A DNA stretch of 64,000 bases from Bacteroidales bacterium (GTDB taxonomy: Bacteria > Bacteroidota > Bacteroidia > Bacteroidales > VadinHA17), in assembly GCA_038207725.1 (NCBI GenBank), contig JBBQZN010000005.1, positions 23,877 to 87,876 on the forward strand. The letters run 5' to 3'. The position numbers were made by a program, and so were the translations under genes. The notes below the pieces were generated by a model. That model saw only the letters and a program-made list of their open reading frames with translations, was not told the origin of the DNA and did not search any database. Positions 27,315 through 37,684 of this stretch are shown here, piece after piece (positions within the stretch are counted from its first letter, which is position 1; each line of letters starts with the position of its first letter).

Positions 27315-29663
27315 ATGAAAGGTAAAACAAATAACAAAAAATATCTCATTTGGTTCTGGGCACTCTTCATTTTCCCCTTCGCCCTGATGATTACCATTTT
27401 CATTTTGATCTCTAAGGAAAAGCTTGGACCAATGCCTTCTTTCAAAGAACTTGAGAATCCCGAATACTACCTCGCATCAGAGGTTATATCGGAAGATGAT
27501 GTTCTGCTTGGCAAGATAAGTCTCGAAAATCTTACCTGGACAGAATACAAAGATCTTTCTCCCTGGCTCATTGAAGCACTTATATCGACTGAAGATATCA
27601 GGTATAACAGGCACTCTGGCATCGATATCCGTGGACTTGGAAGGGCTGTAGTCCGTACAGTTATTCTTGGGCAGAGCACTGGTGGCGGCAGTACTATTAC
27701 CCAGCAGCTGGCCAAACAGCTTTATCCGAGGGATACTGTCAGAACATCTGCCCTGATGAAAAAAATAAAGCTTGGGGTTTCCAAGTTCAAGGAGTGGCAG
27801 ACCGCCGTGAAACTCGAACGGTTTTATACAAAAGAGGAGATAATTACAATGTATCTCAACAAGTTTGACTTTCTGTATAACGCTGTGGGAATCAAATCTG
27901 CAGCTCGGTTATATTTCGATACAACCCCCGATTCACTGAGCCTTCAGGAATCAGCCGTGCTTATAGGAATGCTGAAAAATTCTGTCAGGTTTAATCCTGT
28001 AAGGGACTCAACAAGAATGATTCAGCGCAGAAATGTTGTCCTTTCACAAATGGCAAAGTATGGCTATTTATCTCCCTCCATTGCCGACTCGGTTAAAATG
28101 CTCCCGATTGAGGTAAACTTTGTTATTGAAGATCATAATACAGGCCTTGCGACATATTTACGGCAATATCTGACAACTATTATGCGCCGCCCTGAGCCTG
28201 ACAGAAAAAAATATGTTCAGCAATATTCATACGATGAGGCAAAATGGGAATGGGACAACAACCCTCTTTATGGCTGGTGCACAAAGAACAGGAAACCTGA
28301 TGGCACATTTTATGATGTTTATAAAGATGGACTGAAGATATTTACAACTATTAATTCAAAGATGCAGAAATATGCCGAAGAGGCAGTAAAAGAGCATCTT
28401 TCTACCAATCTTCAGCCGGGTTTTTACAAGAGGGCAAAAGGTTTCAGGAATCCGCCATATTCTGATGACTTATCAAAAAAGGAAGTGGAGGAGTTGCTGA
28501 CAAAATCACTGAAACAGAGCGACAGATATTATAAAATGAGGGCCAGGGGAGTATCTGAAGACTCAATTACGCTTGCCTTTAATACTCCGGAAAAAATGAG
28601 AGTTTTTTCATGGAAAGGCGACAGGGATACAATTATGACTCCCCTCGATTCGATAAAATATTATAAGTATTTCGTCCGTTCATCATTCATGGTTCAGGAT
28701 CCGCACACCGGTCTGGTGAAAGCATATGTCGGAGGTCCCGACTTCAGATATTTCAAGTACGACGCTGTTACCCAGCAGAAAAAACAGGTGGGAAGTACAA
28801 TAAAACCATTCCTCTATACAATTGCGATGCAGAATGGTTATTCGCCATGCTATGAGGTAGAGAATATTCCCAGATCTTTTGATGTGGGGGATTCAATTCC
28901 ATGGACACCAAGATCATCCGGACCAAAAGCCTATCACGGGAAGATGGTAACCCTAGCCTGGGGACTGGCTCAGTCAGAGAACTATATTTCTGCCTGGCTT
29001 ATGCAAAGATTTAAGCCGGCTGCAGTCACCGACCTGCTTGAGAAAATGGGAGTAAGAAGTTTTATTGACCCGGTTCCTTCAATTTTCTTAGGGACATCTG
29101 ATATTAAGCTTGAAGAGATGGTAGGTGCTTACGGGACATTTGCAAACAAAGGGATTTATACAAAACCCATGTATGTTACCCGTATTGAAGACAAAAACGG
29201 GAATGTTATATCGAGGTTCACCCCCAAAATTGAGGAGGTTCTTACAGAGGATCAGGCTTACCTCATGCTTAATCTTCTTCAGGGTGTTGTAAGAACAGGT
29301 TCAGGAAGAAGAATGCGCGTAGAGCCGTACAATCTTATGAACCAGATAGGTGGCAAGACGGGAACAACTCAGAATAATGCAAATGGCTGGTTTATGGGAG
29401 TTACTCCGAATCTTGTAGGAGGTGTATGGACTGGCTGGGAAGATCAGTCAATACATTTTGAGACATTGCAGGAGGGGCAGGGTGCCGAAATGGCACTCCC
29501 GGTGTTCGCCATCTTCCTGAAAAAAGTATACAGCGACCCGCATTTTGCGACACTACAGGAGGAAGATTTCGAGCGTCCGCTGAATTTTACAATGGAGATT
29601 GATTGCAATAAAGTTAAAAAACAGACCTCAAGGGTATCCGGATCAAGAAAGGTCAGATATTAA
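27315..29663 (+). CDS. class A penicillin-binding protein (PBP1A-type transglycosylase/transpeptidase)
   Basis: 782 aa with an N-terminal TM. GT51 motifs are EDIRYNRHSGID and GGSTITQQLAK. Transpeptidase SxxK is present (GSTIKP). Confidence 0.9.
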   Translation: MKGKTNNKKYLIWFWALFIFPFALMITIFILISKEKLGPMPSFKELENPEYYLASEVISEDDVLLGKISLENLTWTEYKDLSPWLIEALISTEDIRYNRHSGIDIRGLGRAVVRTVILGQSTGGGSTITQQLAKQLYPRDTVRTSALMKKIKLGVSKFKEWQTAVKLERFYTKEEIITMYLNKFDFLYNAVGIKSAARLYFDTTPDSLSLQESAVLIGMLKNSVRFNPVRDSTRMIQRRNVVLSQMAKYGYLSPSIADSVKMLPIEVNFVIEDHNTGLATYLRQYLTTIMRRPEPDRKKYVQQYSYDEAKWEWDNNPLYGWCTKNRKPDGTFYDVYKDGLKIFTTINSKMQKYAEEAVKEHLSTNLQPGFYKRAKGFRNPPYSDDLSKKEVEELLTKSLKQSDRYYKMRARGVSEDSITLAFNTPEKMRVFSWKGDRDTIMTPLDSIKYYKYFVRSSFMVQDPHTGLVKAYVGGPDFRYFKYDAVTQQKKQVGSTIKPFLYTIAMQNGYSPCYEVENIPRSFDVGDSIPWTPRSSGPKAYHGKMVTLAWGLAQSENYISAWLMQRFKPAAVTDLLEKMGVRSFIDPVPSIFLGTSDIKLEEMVGAYGTFANKGIYTKPMYVTRIEDKNGNVISRFTPKIEEVLTEDQAYLMLNLLQGVVRTGSGRRMRVEPYNLMNQIGGKTGTTQNNANGWFMGVTPNLVGGVWTGWEDQSIHFETLQEGQGAEMALPVFAIFLKKVYSDPHFATLQEEDFERPLNFTMEIDCNKVKKQTSRVSGSRKVRY

Positions 29664-31021
29664 CTAAAGAGTGATCTGACCAGATTTTCAATTTTGGCAA
29701 CCTGAATCACTTCTATATTCAGCCCGTTCGTCGCAACATTACGGTGATATTTTGATATATATATTTTGGTGAATCCCATTTTTGAAGCTTCCCTTATACG
29801 CTGATCTATTCTGGCTACCGGTCTTATTTCACCTGATAGTCCTGTTTCGCCTGCAAAACAGACCTCACGACCGATTGGGATATCGAGATTTGATGAGAGA
29901 ACTGAGCTTATAATTGCAAGATCAATAGCCGGATCAACGACCTTAATGCCGCCGGCAAGATTCAGAAATACATCCTTTATACCGAGCCTGAATCCTGCTC
30001 TTTTCTCCAGTACGGCAAGCAGCATGTTGAGCCTTCTTATATCGAAGCCGGTGGCACTTCTCTGGGGCGTGCCATAAACAGCACTGCTTACCAGGGCTTG
30101 TGTTTCAATCAGAAAAGGCCTCAGTCCGTCAACAGTGGCAGCTATCGCGATTCCGCTCAGAGCTTCATCGTGCTGATTTATAAACATTTCAGAGGGATTG
30201 TCAACTTCTCTTAATCCTTTTTCAACCATCTCAAAAATACCTATTTCAGATGTTGAGCCAAACCTGTTTTTTACTGAACGGAGAATACGATACACATAAT
30301 TATTATCACCCTCAAAGTACAATACCACATCGACAATATGCTCAAGTACTTTAGGCCCCGCCAGTGTTCCGTCTTTTGTAATGTGTCCGATAAGAAATAC
30401 GGGGATGCCTGAAATCTTGGAGTATTTAAGCAGTTGTGCAGCACACTCCCTCACCTGCGATACTGAACCTGCTGATGATTCGAGCATTCCGGTACTTATT
30501 GTCTGAATGGAGTCAATAATAATAAGTGCAGGCTTTATGTTTTCAGAGTGTGTAAGAATACTTTCCAGTTCAGTTTCACTGAGGATATAGCACTCAGGAT
30601 TTGAGTCCTTCATTCTCTTGGCCCTGAGACTTATCTGTTCTTCGCTCTCTTCCCCTGAAACATATAGAATCTTTCTTCCCTTAAGTGCAAGGGCAAGCTG
30701 AAGCGCCAGTGTAGATTTGCCTACACCCGGTTCACCGCCAAGAAGTATAAGAGATCCTCCAACAATTCCTCCGCCGAGGATCCTGTCGAGCTCTGAGATC
30801 CCTGTTTTCTGGCGCCCTTTCTCATCCGATTTGATATTATCGAGAAGCTCAGGTTTCCTTTTTTCCTGATTGAGTATGAATGAAGCCTGCTGAGGTGAAG
30901 AAGGTGCTAAAATCTCCTCATGGTAAGTATTCCACTCTTTGCATGATGGACATTTGCCTATCCATTTAGCTGATTCAACCCCGCAGTTATGACAGACGAA
31001 TACTGTTTTGTTTTTTGCCAT
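29660..31021 (-). CDS. radA: DNA repair protein RadA
   Basis: 453 aa. It has an N-terminal zinc ribbon (VCHNCGVESAKWIGKCPSCKEWNT), Walker A GEPGVGKST and a Lon-like C-terminal domain. Confidence 0.95.
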   Translation of the reverse strand: MAKNKTVFVCHNCGVESAKWIGKCPSCKEWNTYHEEILAPSSPQQASFILNQEKRKPELLDNIKSDEKGRQKTGISELDRILGGGIVGGSLILLGGEPGVGKSTLALQLALALKGRKILYVSGEESEEQISLRAKRMKDSNPECYILSETELESILTHSENIKPALIIIDSIQTISTGMLESSAGSVSQVRECAAQLLKYSKISGIPVFLIGHITKDGTLAGPKVLEHIVDVVLYFEGDNNYVYRILRSVKNRFGSTSEIGIFEMVEKGLREVDNPSEMFINQHDEALSGIAIAATVDGLRPFLIETQALVSSAVYGTPQRSATGFDIRRLNMLLAVLEKRAGFRLGIKDVFLNLAGGIKVVDPAIDLAIISSVLSSNLDIPIGREVCFAGETGLSGEIRPVARIDQRIREASKMGFTKIYISKYHRNVATNGLNIEVIQVAKIENLVRSLFS

Positions 31022-31143
31022 GTTTAATGTCCCCTAACCAATTAATGCAAATGCATTTTTTTTGACCCCAAACGGAGCTGTTGAAAAAGCCCTTTGTGAA
31101 CCTTCGTGTTATTCAACAGCCCCCCAAAAGGGAGTATAAAATC

Positions 31144-32157
31144 TCAGGAATTTACTTCTTTATCGTGTTTTTTGAATATCATGAAAAAGGAAATTGTTCC
31201 GATAATAGCAACAAAGATCAGCTGCGACTCATGCGTGAGCAGAGCGTAAACCAGCCCCTCTTCGAGCGGAATACCGTTGACTATCAGAAGTCCCCTTGAT
31301 ACAATATAATGAAAAGCTCCAAGTCCGCTCTGTACCGGGGCCGACATTGCCAGTCCGCCGATAACCAGAATAAATATGCTGTTTCCGAAGGTTAAGTGTG
31401 AAGTGCTTTCCAGAGAGAATACAACAACCCAGGTCATGAGCGCATAATTGACCCATATAAATACGGAATGAAAGATAAATTCACCCTTCTTTTCCAGATT
31501 TGTAATTGACTTTAATCCGTTTATAACTCCTCTGGCAAGTTCAAACATCTTGGCAAAAAAACGAATTTTTCTAAGGTCTTTCTTATACCTTATTATTAAG
31601 AAGAGAGAGATTGCACCCAGGGAAAAAAGAACGACCCACAAAACCCAGGTATTGCCAAAAATGTCAGAAACTTTATGCTGAATTGGCACAAGGATACTCT
31701 CTTTAAGAAACAGTCCTATCTGATCGCCGCTGGTAAAAATAAGAACAATCATTATTGTCAGAAGAGAAATAAAGTCAATAGTTCTTTCAATGACAACAGT
31801 TCCGATAAGCTGATCGACGGGGATTTTTTCTTTCTTTCCGAGGGCCACACATCTGGTTATCTCTCCAACCCTTGGTAATGCTATATTTGCCAGGTATCCG
31901 GTCATAAGAGCATAGAAGGAATGTAATGTTGACGGGCGATATCCAAGCGGATTTATAAGAAGAACCCATCTGCGGGCCCGGCTGACAAATGCCACAAATC
32001 CGAAGAAAACAGAAGCCAGCAGCCACCAGTAATTAGCTTCTTTAAGGTCGGCAACGAGCTTATCGAAATTTACATTGGCAAATGCAACCCAGAGAAGCAG
32101 AACACCGACAATAAAAAATGCCAGAAATTTTATTGCCTGAATAATTCCTTTCTTCAA
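31144..32157 (-). CDS. flippase-like / lysylphosphatidylglycerol-synthase-TM-region family membrane protein
   Basis: 337 aa, polytopic, with a TTG start 2 nt after the panD stop. Its position between panD and radA matches a conserved Bacteroidota neighbourhood (from memory). Confidence 0.65.
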   Translation of the reverse strand: MKKGIIQAIKFLAFFIVGVLLLWVAFANVNFDKLVADLKEANYWWLLASVFFGFVAFVSRARRWVLLINPLGYRPSTLHSFYALMTGYLANIALPRVGEITRCVALGKKEKIPVDQLIGTVVIERTIDFISLLTIMIVLIFTSGDQIGLFLKESILVPIQHKVSDIFGNTWVLWVVLFSLGAISLFLIIRYKKDLRKIRFFAKMFELARGVINGLKSITNLEKKGEFIFHSVFIWVNYALMTWVVVFSLESTSHLTFGNSIFILVIGGLAMSAPVQSGLGAFHYIVSRGLLIVNGIPLEEGLVYALLTHESQLIFVAIIGTISFFMIFKKHDKEVNS

Positions 32158-32159
32158 TT

Positions 32160-32510
32160 TCAGATCAGTTTATTTGTTTTTGTATCGGGGAAAATAATTG
32201 TTGGTCTGAATGTCTTTGCTTCATTGAAATCAAGCATGGCATATGACATAATTATTATAATATCACCGACAATCACTTTCCGGGCAGCAGCACCGTTAAG
32301 GCAGATTTCACCTGAACCGCGGATACCTTTTATAACATAAGTTTCAAGCCTCTCTCCGTTATTGATATTGAGCACGTGAACTTTCTCGTTTTCAATCAGG
32401 TTGGCAGCATCCATAAGATCTTCATCAATGGTGATACTCCCTACATAATGAAGGTTTGCTCCTGTAATTGAAACTTTATGTATTTTGGATTTTACAACTT
32501 CTATCAGCAT
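32160..32510 (-). CDS. panD: aspartate 1-decarboxylase
   Basis: 116 aa. [33 protein letters not shown] includes the self-processing G-S site. Confidence 0.95.
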   Translation of the reverse strand: MLIEVVKSKIHKVSITGANLHYVGSITIDEDLMDAANLIENEKVHVLNINNGERLETYVIKGIRGSGEICLNGAAARKVIVGDIIIIMSYAMLDFNEAKTFRPTIIFPDTKTNKLI

Positions 32511-32564
32511 AATATGATACCTTTCTGATACTAATTATCAGGCAAAGGTAATCAACCTTTTCAT

Positions 32565-33422
32565 TCACACCAACCCAAACTCAATATTATCTATAAGCCT
32601 TATCTTTCCTGCCATCACAGCAATGCATCCGAAGTACTTTTTATCTTTTTGCATTTCTTTTTTCGAGTAAACAGGAACAAGAGATGTATCGTCCGCAATA
32701 TCAAAGTATTCGACTTCTAATCCGGGAGTATTATTTATCATTTTTTCCACGAAGGTTTTAATCTCAGGAATATCATGATAATTTATCATTTCAGATGCAG
32801 CTGAGATTGTCCGGAAAATAGCCGGGGCATTTTTTCTGATCTCCGGTTCGAGTAACATATTCCTGCTGCTCATGGCAAGTCCATCTTTTTCGCGCATAAT
32901 TGGATGAGAAATGATTTTTACCTTATCGCCGGTCTGTTTTACGAGCTCCTTAATTACTGCGAGCTGCTGAAAATCTTTCTGGCCAAATATGGCAATATCA
33001 GGTTTAACAATTTCAAATAATCTGCTTACAACCTGACCAACTCCGTTAAAGTGTCCCGGACGATGACTTGCCTCCATAACTTTGTCGAGCATGCCAAAAT
33101 CGAAAACTCTTTTATCTTCTACCGGATAGATCTCCTCGACTGACGGGGTGAATACAATATCATTTTCACGGAGAATATTTTTTAACATGCCAAGATCTTT
33201 TTCGGTATTCCGGGGGTAATTTTTAAGGTCGTTTTTATCGTTAAACTGGGTAGGATTAACAAAAATACTGACAACTACCAGAGGACACTGGCTTACGGCA
33301 GAAGCTACAAGCGAAAGATGACCATCGTGAAGGGCTCCCATGGTGGGGACAAGCCCCACAGGATTTTTATTAATCTCTGCGAGTATGGTTTGAATTTCCT
33401 TAATGGTTTCTAAAACCTTCAT
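32565..33422 (-). CDS. panC: pantoate--beta-alanine ligase
   Basis: 285 aa with PTMGALHDGHLSL (HxGH) and an FGQKDFQQ motif. Confidence 0.95.
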   Translation of the reverse strand: MKVLETIKEIQTILAEINKNPVGLVPTMGALHDGHLSLVASAVSQCPLVVVSIFVNPTQFNDKNDLKNYPRNTEKDLGMLKNILRENDIVFTPSVEEIYPVEDKRVFDFGMLDKVMEASHRPGHFNGVGQVVSRLFEIVKPDIAIFGQKDFQQLAVIKELVKQTGDKVKIISHPIMREKDGLAMSSRNMLLEPEIRKNAPAIFRTISAASEMINYHDIPEIKTFVEKMINNTPGLEVEYFDIADDTSLVPVYSKKEMQKDKKYFGCIAVMAGKIRLIDNIEFGLV

Positions 33423-33566
33423 TATTCTTTTTTTAATTGGTATTTTATCTTTTTGACTATTACGGGTTGTTTATAATACAAATCTATTGATTTTACTCAG
33501 ATGCCGCTTGTGTTTAAAGTTCATATCAGTCATTATCCGCATTTTTATTATGTTATTAAATTTTAC

Positions 33567-33574
33567 TATCTTTG
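33567..33574 (+). promoter_or_regulatory. -7 box (TAnnTTTG) for the glgA-like gene
   Basis: TATCTTTG, 36 nt upstream of ATG 33610. Confidence 0.5.
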
Positions 33575-33609
33575 CACATTAAATCGAAATGGTATATCCA
33601 GGCAGGTAA

Positions 33610-34416
33610 ATGGAAAGCAAAAAGGTATTATTCATTTCACAAGAGATTACTCCATACTTAGGTGAAACAAAATTATCGAGGATTGGAAGGTTTCTTCCCC
33701 AGGGAATTCAGGAAAGGGGAAAAGAGATCAGGACTTTCATGCCCCGGTATGGTTGTATCAATGAACGGAGGAATCAGCTTCACGAAGTAATCCGTCTTTC
33801 AGGTATGAACCTGATAATTGATGATACGGATCATCCGCTTATTATTAAGGTAGCTTCTATTCAGTCAGCCAGAATGCAGGTCTATTTTATTGATAATGAC
33901 GATTATTTTCAGCGTAAGTATATTGTGAGTGATAATTCGGGAAAGGAATTTGAAGATAATGATGAAAGGGCTCTTTTCTTTGCCCGTGGCGTAATTGAAA
34001 CAGTTAAAAAGCTCAGGTGGGCTCCCGATATCGTTCACTGTCATGGATGGATGTCAGCTCTTGTTCCTGTTTATTTGCGGAGTATTTATAATGACGATCC
34101 ACTCTTTCATAATTACAAAATTATCTATTCCATTTACAATAATGATTTTAAAAATCCGTTTAGATCAACGTTCGCCGATAAACTTCGGTTCGACGGAATA
34201 GATGGGGAAAACCTTAAAATGGTTAAAAACCCCGATTTTGTAAATGTTTCAAAACTTGCAATTAAATATTCTGACGGAATCATTATCGGCAGTGAAGATA
34301 TAAATGCGGAACTGAGTAAATACCTCGGAACTATTAATAAACCGGTACTCGGTTTTAAAGACGAGTCAGAATATATTGATGCCTATAATGATTTTTATGA
34401 CAAGATTTTATCATAG
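33610..34416 (+). CDS. glycogen/starch-synthase-like protein, N-terminal (GT5) half only
   Basis: 268 aa. KVLFISQEITPYLGETKLSRIGRFLPQ aligns with the GlgA N-terminus, but the KTGGL motif is not conserved. No C-terminal GT1 domain is encoded. Confidence 0.7.
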   Translation: MESKKVLFISQEITPYLGETKLSRIGRFLPQGIQERGKEIRTFMPRYGCINERRNQLHEVIRLSGMNLIIDDTDHPLIIKVASIQSARMQVYFIDNDDYFQRKYIVSDNSGKEFEDNDERALFFARGVIETVKKLRWAPDIVHCHGWMSALVPVYLRSIYNDDPLFHNYKIIYSIYNNDFKNPFRSTFADKLRFDGIDGENLKMVKNPDFVNVSKLAIKYSDGIIIGSEDINAELSKYLGTINKPVLGFKDESEYIDAYNDFYDKILS

Positions 34417-35764
34417 TCCTTTTCACAAATGCAGATTATTCTCATCCGGATTTCTGCTGCCCCAAACAATAATAGTAATCTTCTTTGCCCTGTCAGCCCT
34501 CCTTGTAACATCTTGTGAGGAGAATCCTACAAAAATAGGATTCGGGATTCTTCCCGGCAGCGACTTTGTTGAGACCAATTCAATTGATACTATTAAGGTC
34601 AGGTCTTATACAATGTACGATGATTCTGTTCAGTCGAATACCAGAACAACGGCTTTCCTGGGAGATATATACGACCCGTATTTTGGTACAACTACAGCAG
34701 AATTTGTAACTCAGATCAGAATGTCTGAGCCTTGGGATGATGCCTCATTCAATGTTGATTCAGTTAAGCTTTTTATTCAGTTCAACGGCTCTCTTGGAGC
34801 AACAGGCGTCACTCATAAAATGAGCATTTCTGAAATCACAGAACAGATCTATGTCGATTCTGCATACTATTCGAATAAAGTTGTTGCTGTTGGTGCTTAC
34901 GTAATGACCAACATTGAGATCCCGGTGCTGAAGGCAGATACAATTAATAATCTTGTAATTAAACTTCCGAAAGAATTCGGATTACAACTCACCCGCGATA
35001 CATCAAAGCTCTTCCACAGCAATACAAAACCTGATTTCAGATCATATTTTCGTGGTCTGTATTTCAGAATGAATTCAAGTGCTGACCCAGTGATGGTTTC
35101 AGTAGATCTTACTTCTCCGAAAACTTACGAATCATACAATAACTATATTGTGCTCTATATGCACAACGAGGCAGATGCCAAAAAAGAATTCTATTTCGTT
35201 CTCGATGCTGTAAATACAAACGCAGCATTCAACTTATTCCGGCACGATTTTAATACAGCACAGGCAGGTAAAAAGATCGGACATATAAATGACAGAACCA
35301 GTTTAGACTCCCTTTCATACCTGCAATCCCTTAACGGGGTTTACACAAGACTGGAAATTCCAGGTCTGGCTGGACTGAAAAACAGTGCTGACTATAAAAA
35401 CATTGCCGTTAATAAAGCCCGTATTGCCATTCCTGTTCATTTTGACGGTGTTAAATATAAGGCATCAACAGTTCCCGCTTCACTGCGTTTAAGGTACAAG
35501 TCGATAAACGGTTACAAATATGATGTTCCTGATTATTTTATTGATTCTTATAATTCCTTCTTCGACGGGAAAATCGATACAACGGGTGTAAGTGTCTACA
35601 AATTCAATATTTCGGCTTTTGTGCAGCGCTACCTTGATGATAAAACCGGAATTATTAAACCTGAACTTGAATTATTTCAGGGATCGGGGATAACGAATGC
35701 CATTCTCAAAGCCAATAATAGCAAGTCACCCATCAAATTTGATTTTAGCTATACCAAGTTCTAG
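34397..35764 (+). CDS. DUF4270-like lipoprotein (unknown function)
   Basis: ORF 34376..35764 with candidate starts ATG 34379, 34388 and 34397. It has a hydrophobic leader ending LLVTSC|EEN. The placement after the glgA-like gene is recalled as conserved. The start is uncertain. Confidence 0.6.
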   Translation: MTRFYHSPFHKCRLFSSGFLLPQTIIVIFFALSALLVTSCEENPTKIGFGILPGSDFVETNSIDTIKVRSYTMYDDSVQSNTRTTAFLGDIYDPYFGTTTAEFVTQIRMSEPWDDASFNVDSVKLFIQFNGSLGATGVTHKMSISEITEQIYVDSAYYSNKVVAVGAYVMTNIEIPVLKADTINNLVIKLPKEFGLQLTRDTSKLFHSNTKPDFRSYFRGLYFRMNSSADPVMVSVDLTSPKTYESYNNYIVLYMHNEADAKKEFYFVLDAVNTNAAFNLFRHDFNTAQAGKKIGHINDRTSLDSLSYLQSLNGVYTRLEIPGLAGLKNSADYKNIAVNKARIAIPVHFDGVKYKASTVPASLRLRYKSINGYKYDVPDYFIDSYNSFFDGKIDTTGVSVYKFNISAFVQRYLDDKTGIIKPELELFQGSGITNAILKANNSKSPIKFDFSYTKF

Positions 35765-35819
35765 ATTTTGTGAACCAAAATTTGTAGCTTCGCACCTGAT
35801 GTTATAAACACCGTTCATT

Positions 35820-37658
35820 ATGTGTGGAATAGTTGGTTATATTGGCTCAAAACAAGCCCGTGAAATTCTGATAAGTGGTCTGAAACGCCTTGAGTACCGC
35901 GGATACGATTCCGCAGGACTGGCTCTTATTAACGATGCAGAAACGAAGATCTTTAAATGTGCCGGCAGGGTAAAAGATCTGGAAGAGATGGTAAGCAAAT
36001 CCGACTTTAACGGCACGGCAGGAATGGGACATACCCGCTGGGCTACTCATGGTGAACCAAATGAACTTAACGCTCATCCCCAGGTATCATATAAAGGAAA
36101 CTTCATTGTTGTTCATAATGGCATTATTGAGAACTATTCACAGATAAAAAAACACCTTCAGAGCAGAGGAATAGAGTTCAATAGCCAGACCGACACAGAG
36201 GTGCTAGCAAATCTTATAGAACATCTTTACCTCGAGGGCGACCTGACAGCAGAGCAGGCTATCACTCTGGCACTGAACCGGGTTGAGGGGGCTTACGGAC
36301 TTGTAATAATCTGTACAAGTGAACCCGACAGGCTATATGCGGCAAAAAAGGGAAGCCCGCTGGTAATTGGTGTAGGAGAGGGAGAAAACTTTATCGCATC
36401 TGATGCGACTCCAATAGTTGAATATACGCAAAGGGTAATCTATCTGAATGATGATGATATTGCAATTATCAAAAAAGATGAGCTGATTCTTAAAACAATA
36501 CGTAACGAAAAAATCCAGCCTGAAGTAAAAGAACTTGATCTGAAAATCGGAGAAATCGACAAAGAGGGCTTTGCTCATTTTATGCTGAAAGAGATCTTTG
36601 AGCAGCCACGGGCAATTCATGATACCTTCAGGGGCAGGGTTCTGCCTGACCATTCAGGGATAATGCTTGGAGGGCTTCATGATGTTCTCGATACAATGTC
36701 GCAGGCAGAAAGGATTATTATAATTGCATGCGGTACATCATGGCATGCCGGACTTCTGGGAGAGTATATTTTTGAGGAATATACACGCATTCCCGTGGAA
36801 GTTGAATATGCTTCAGAATTTCGGTACAGAAACCCCATAATAAAGAAAACCGACATAGTAATTGCCATAAGCCAGAGTGGCGAAACGGCCGATACCCTGG
36901 CAGCAATTAAGCTCGCCAGAGCAAAAGGAGCCAAAGTTATCGGTATCTGTAATGTTGTCGGAAGCAGTATCCCAAGGGAAACAGATGCCGGTGTTTATAC
37001 TCATGCCGGACCAGAAATCGGAGTCGCTTCAACAAAAGCATTTACAAGTCAGGTTACTGTTCTTGCTATGATGGCTTTTGAAATAGGGCATAAAAAAGGC
37101 ATCCTTTCCGATGCTGCATATCATGAATTGATAGATGAACTTGTGTCTATCCCGGGAAAAATTGAAAAAGCCCTTGAAATGGACAGTAAAGTACTCGAGC
37201 TCGCAAGGGTTTTTCAGAATACTCACAATGCACTTTACCTTGGCAGGGGCTACCTGTTTCCCGTTGCACTCGAAGGAGCTCTTAAATTAAAGGAAATCTC
37301 ATATATACATGCTGAAGGTTATCCTGCTGCTGAAATGAAACACGGTCCAATCGCGCTTATTGACGAAAATATGCCGGTTGTTGTAGTGGCAACAAAGGAT
37401 GATACCTACGAGAAAATTATTAGTAATATTCAGGAAATAAAAGCAAGGAAAGGTAATGTTATTGCCATCGTTACCGAAGGTGATGAGATTATCAGAAAAA
37501 TGGCCGACTATGTTCTTGAAGTACCTGATACGCTGCCTGCTTTCTCTGGTCTTCTGGCTGTAATACCACTGCAGCTGCTCTCTTATCATATTGCTGTTCT
37601 GAGAGGTTGCGATGTCGACCAGCCAAGAAATCTGGCGAAATCAGTCACCGTGGAGTAA
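35820..37658 (+). CDS. glmS: glutamine--fructose-6-phosphate aminotransferase
   Basis: 612 aa. It has the N-terminal nucleophile MCGIVGYIG, two SIS domains and the C-terminal ...NLAKSVTVE. Confidence 0.95.
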   Translation: MCGIVGYIGSKQAREILISGLKRLEYRGYDSAGLALINDAETKIFKCAGRVKDLEEMVSKSDFNGTAGMGHTRWATHGEPNELNAHPQVSYKGNFIVVHNGIIENYSQIKKHLQSRGIEFNSQTDTEVLANLIEHLYLEGDLTAEQAITLALNRVEGAYGLVIICTSEPDRLYAAKKGSPLVIGVGEGENFIASDATPIVEYTQRVIYLNDDDIAIIKKDELILKTIRNEKIQPEVKELDLKIGEIDKEGFAHFMLKEIFEQPRAIHDTFRGRVLPDHSGIMLGGLHDVLDTMSQAERIIIIACGTSWHAGLLGEYIFEEYTRIPVEVEYASEFRYRNPIIKKTDIVIAISQSGETADTLAAIKLARAKGAKVIGICNVVGSSIPRETDAGVYTHAGPEIGVASTKAFTSQVTVLAMMAFEIGHKKGILSDAAYHELIDELVSIPGKIEKALEMDSKVLELARVFQNTHNALYLGRGYLFPVALEGALKLKEISYIHAEGYPAAEMKHGPIALIDENMPVVVVATKDDTYEKIISNIQEIKARKGNVIAIVTEGDEIIRKMADYVLEVPDTLPAFSGLLAVIPLQLLSYHIAVLRGCDVDQPRNLAKSVTVE

Positions 37659-37684
37659 TTATCTGCACTTATGACCTGATAACT

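Noticed and set aside
35765-35819. A glmS ribozyme upstream of glmS.
   Set aside because: The intergenic region is only 55 nt. That is far too short, and it lacks the conserved ribozyme core.
37607-37684. A 5' extension of the DUF4954-like ORF overlaps the last 52 nt of glmS.
   Set aside because: The extension begins at a non-ATG codon inside glmS. ATG 37685 gives the family-typical N-terminus.
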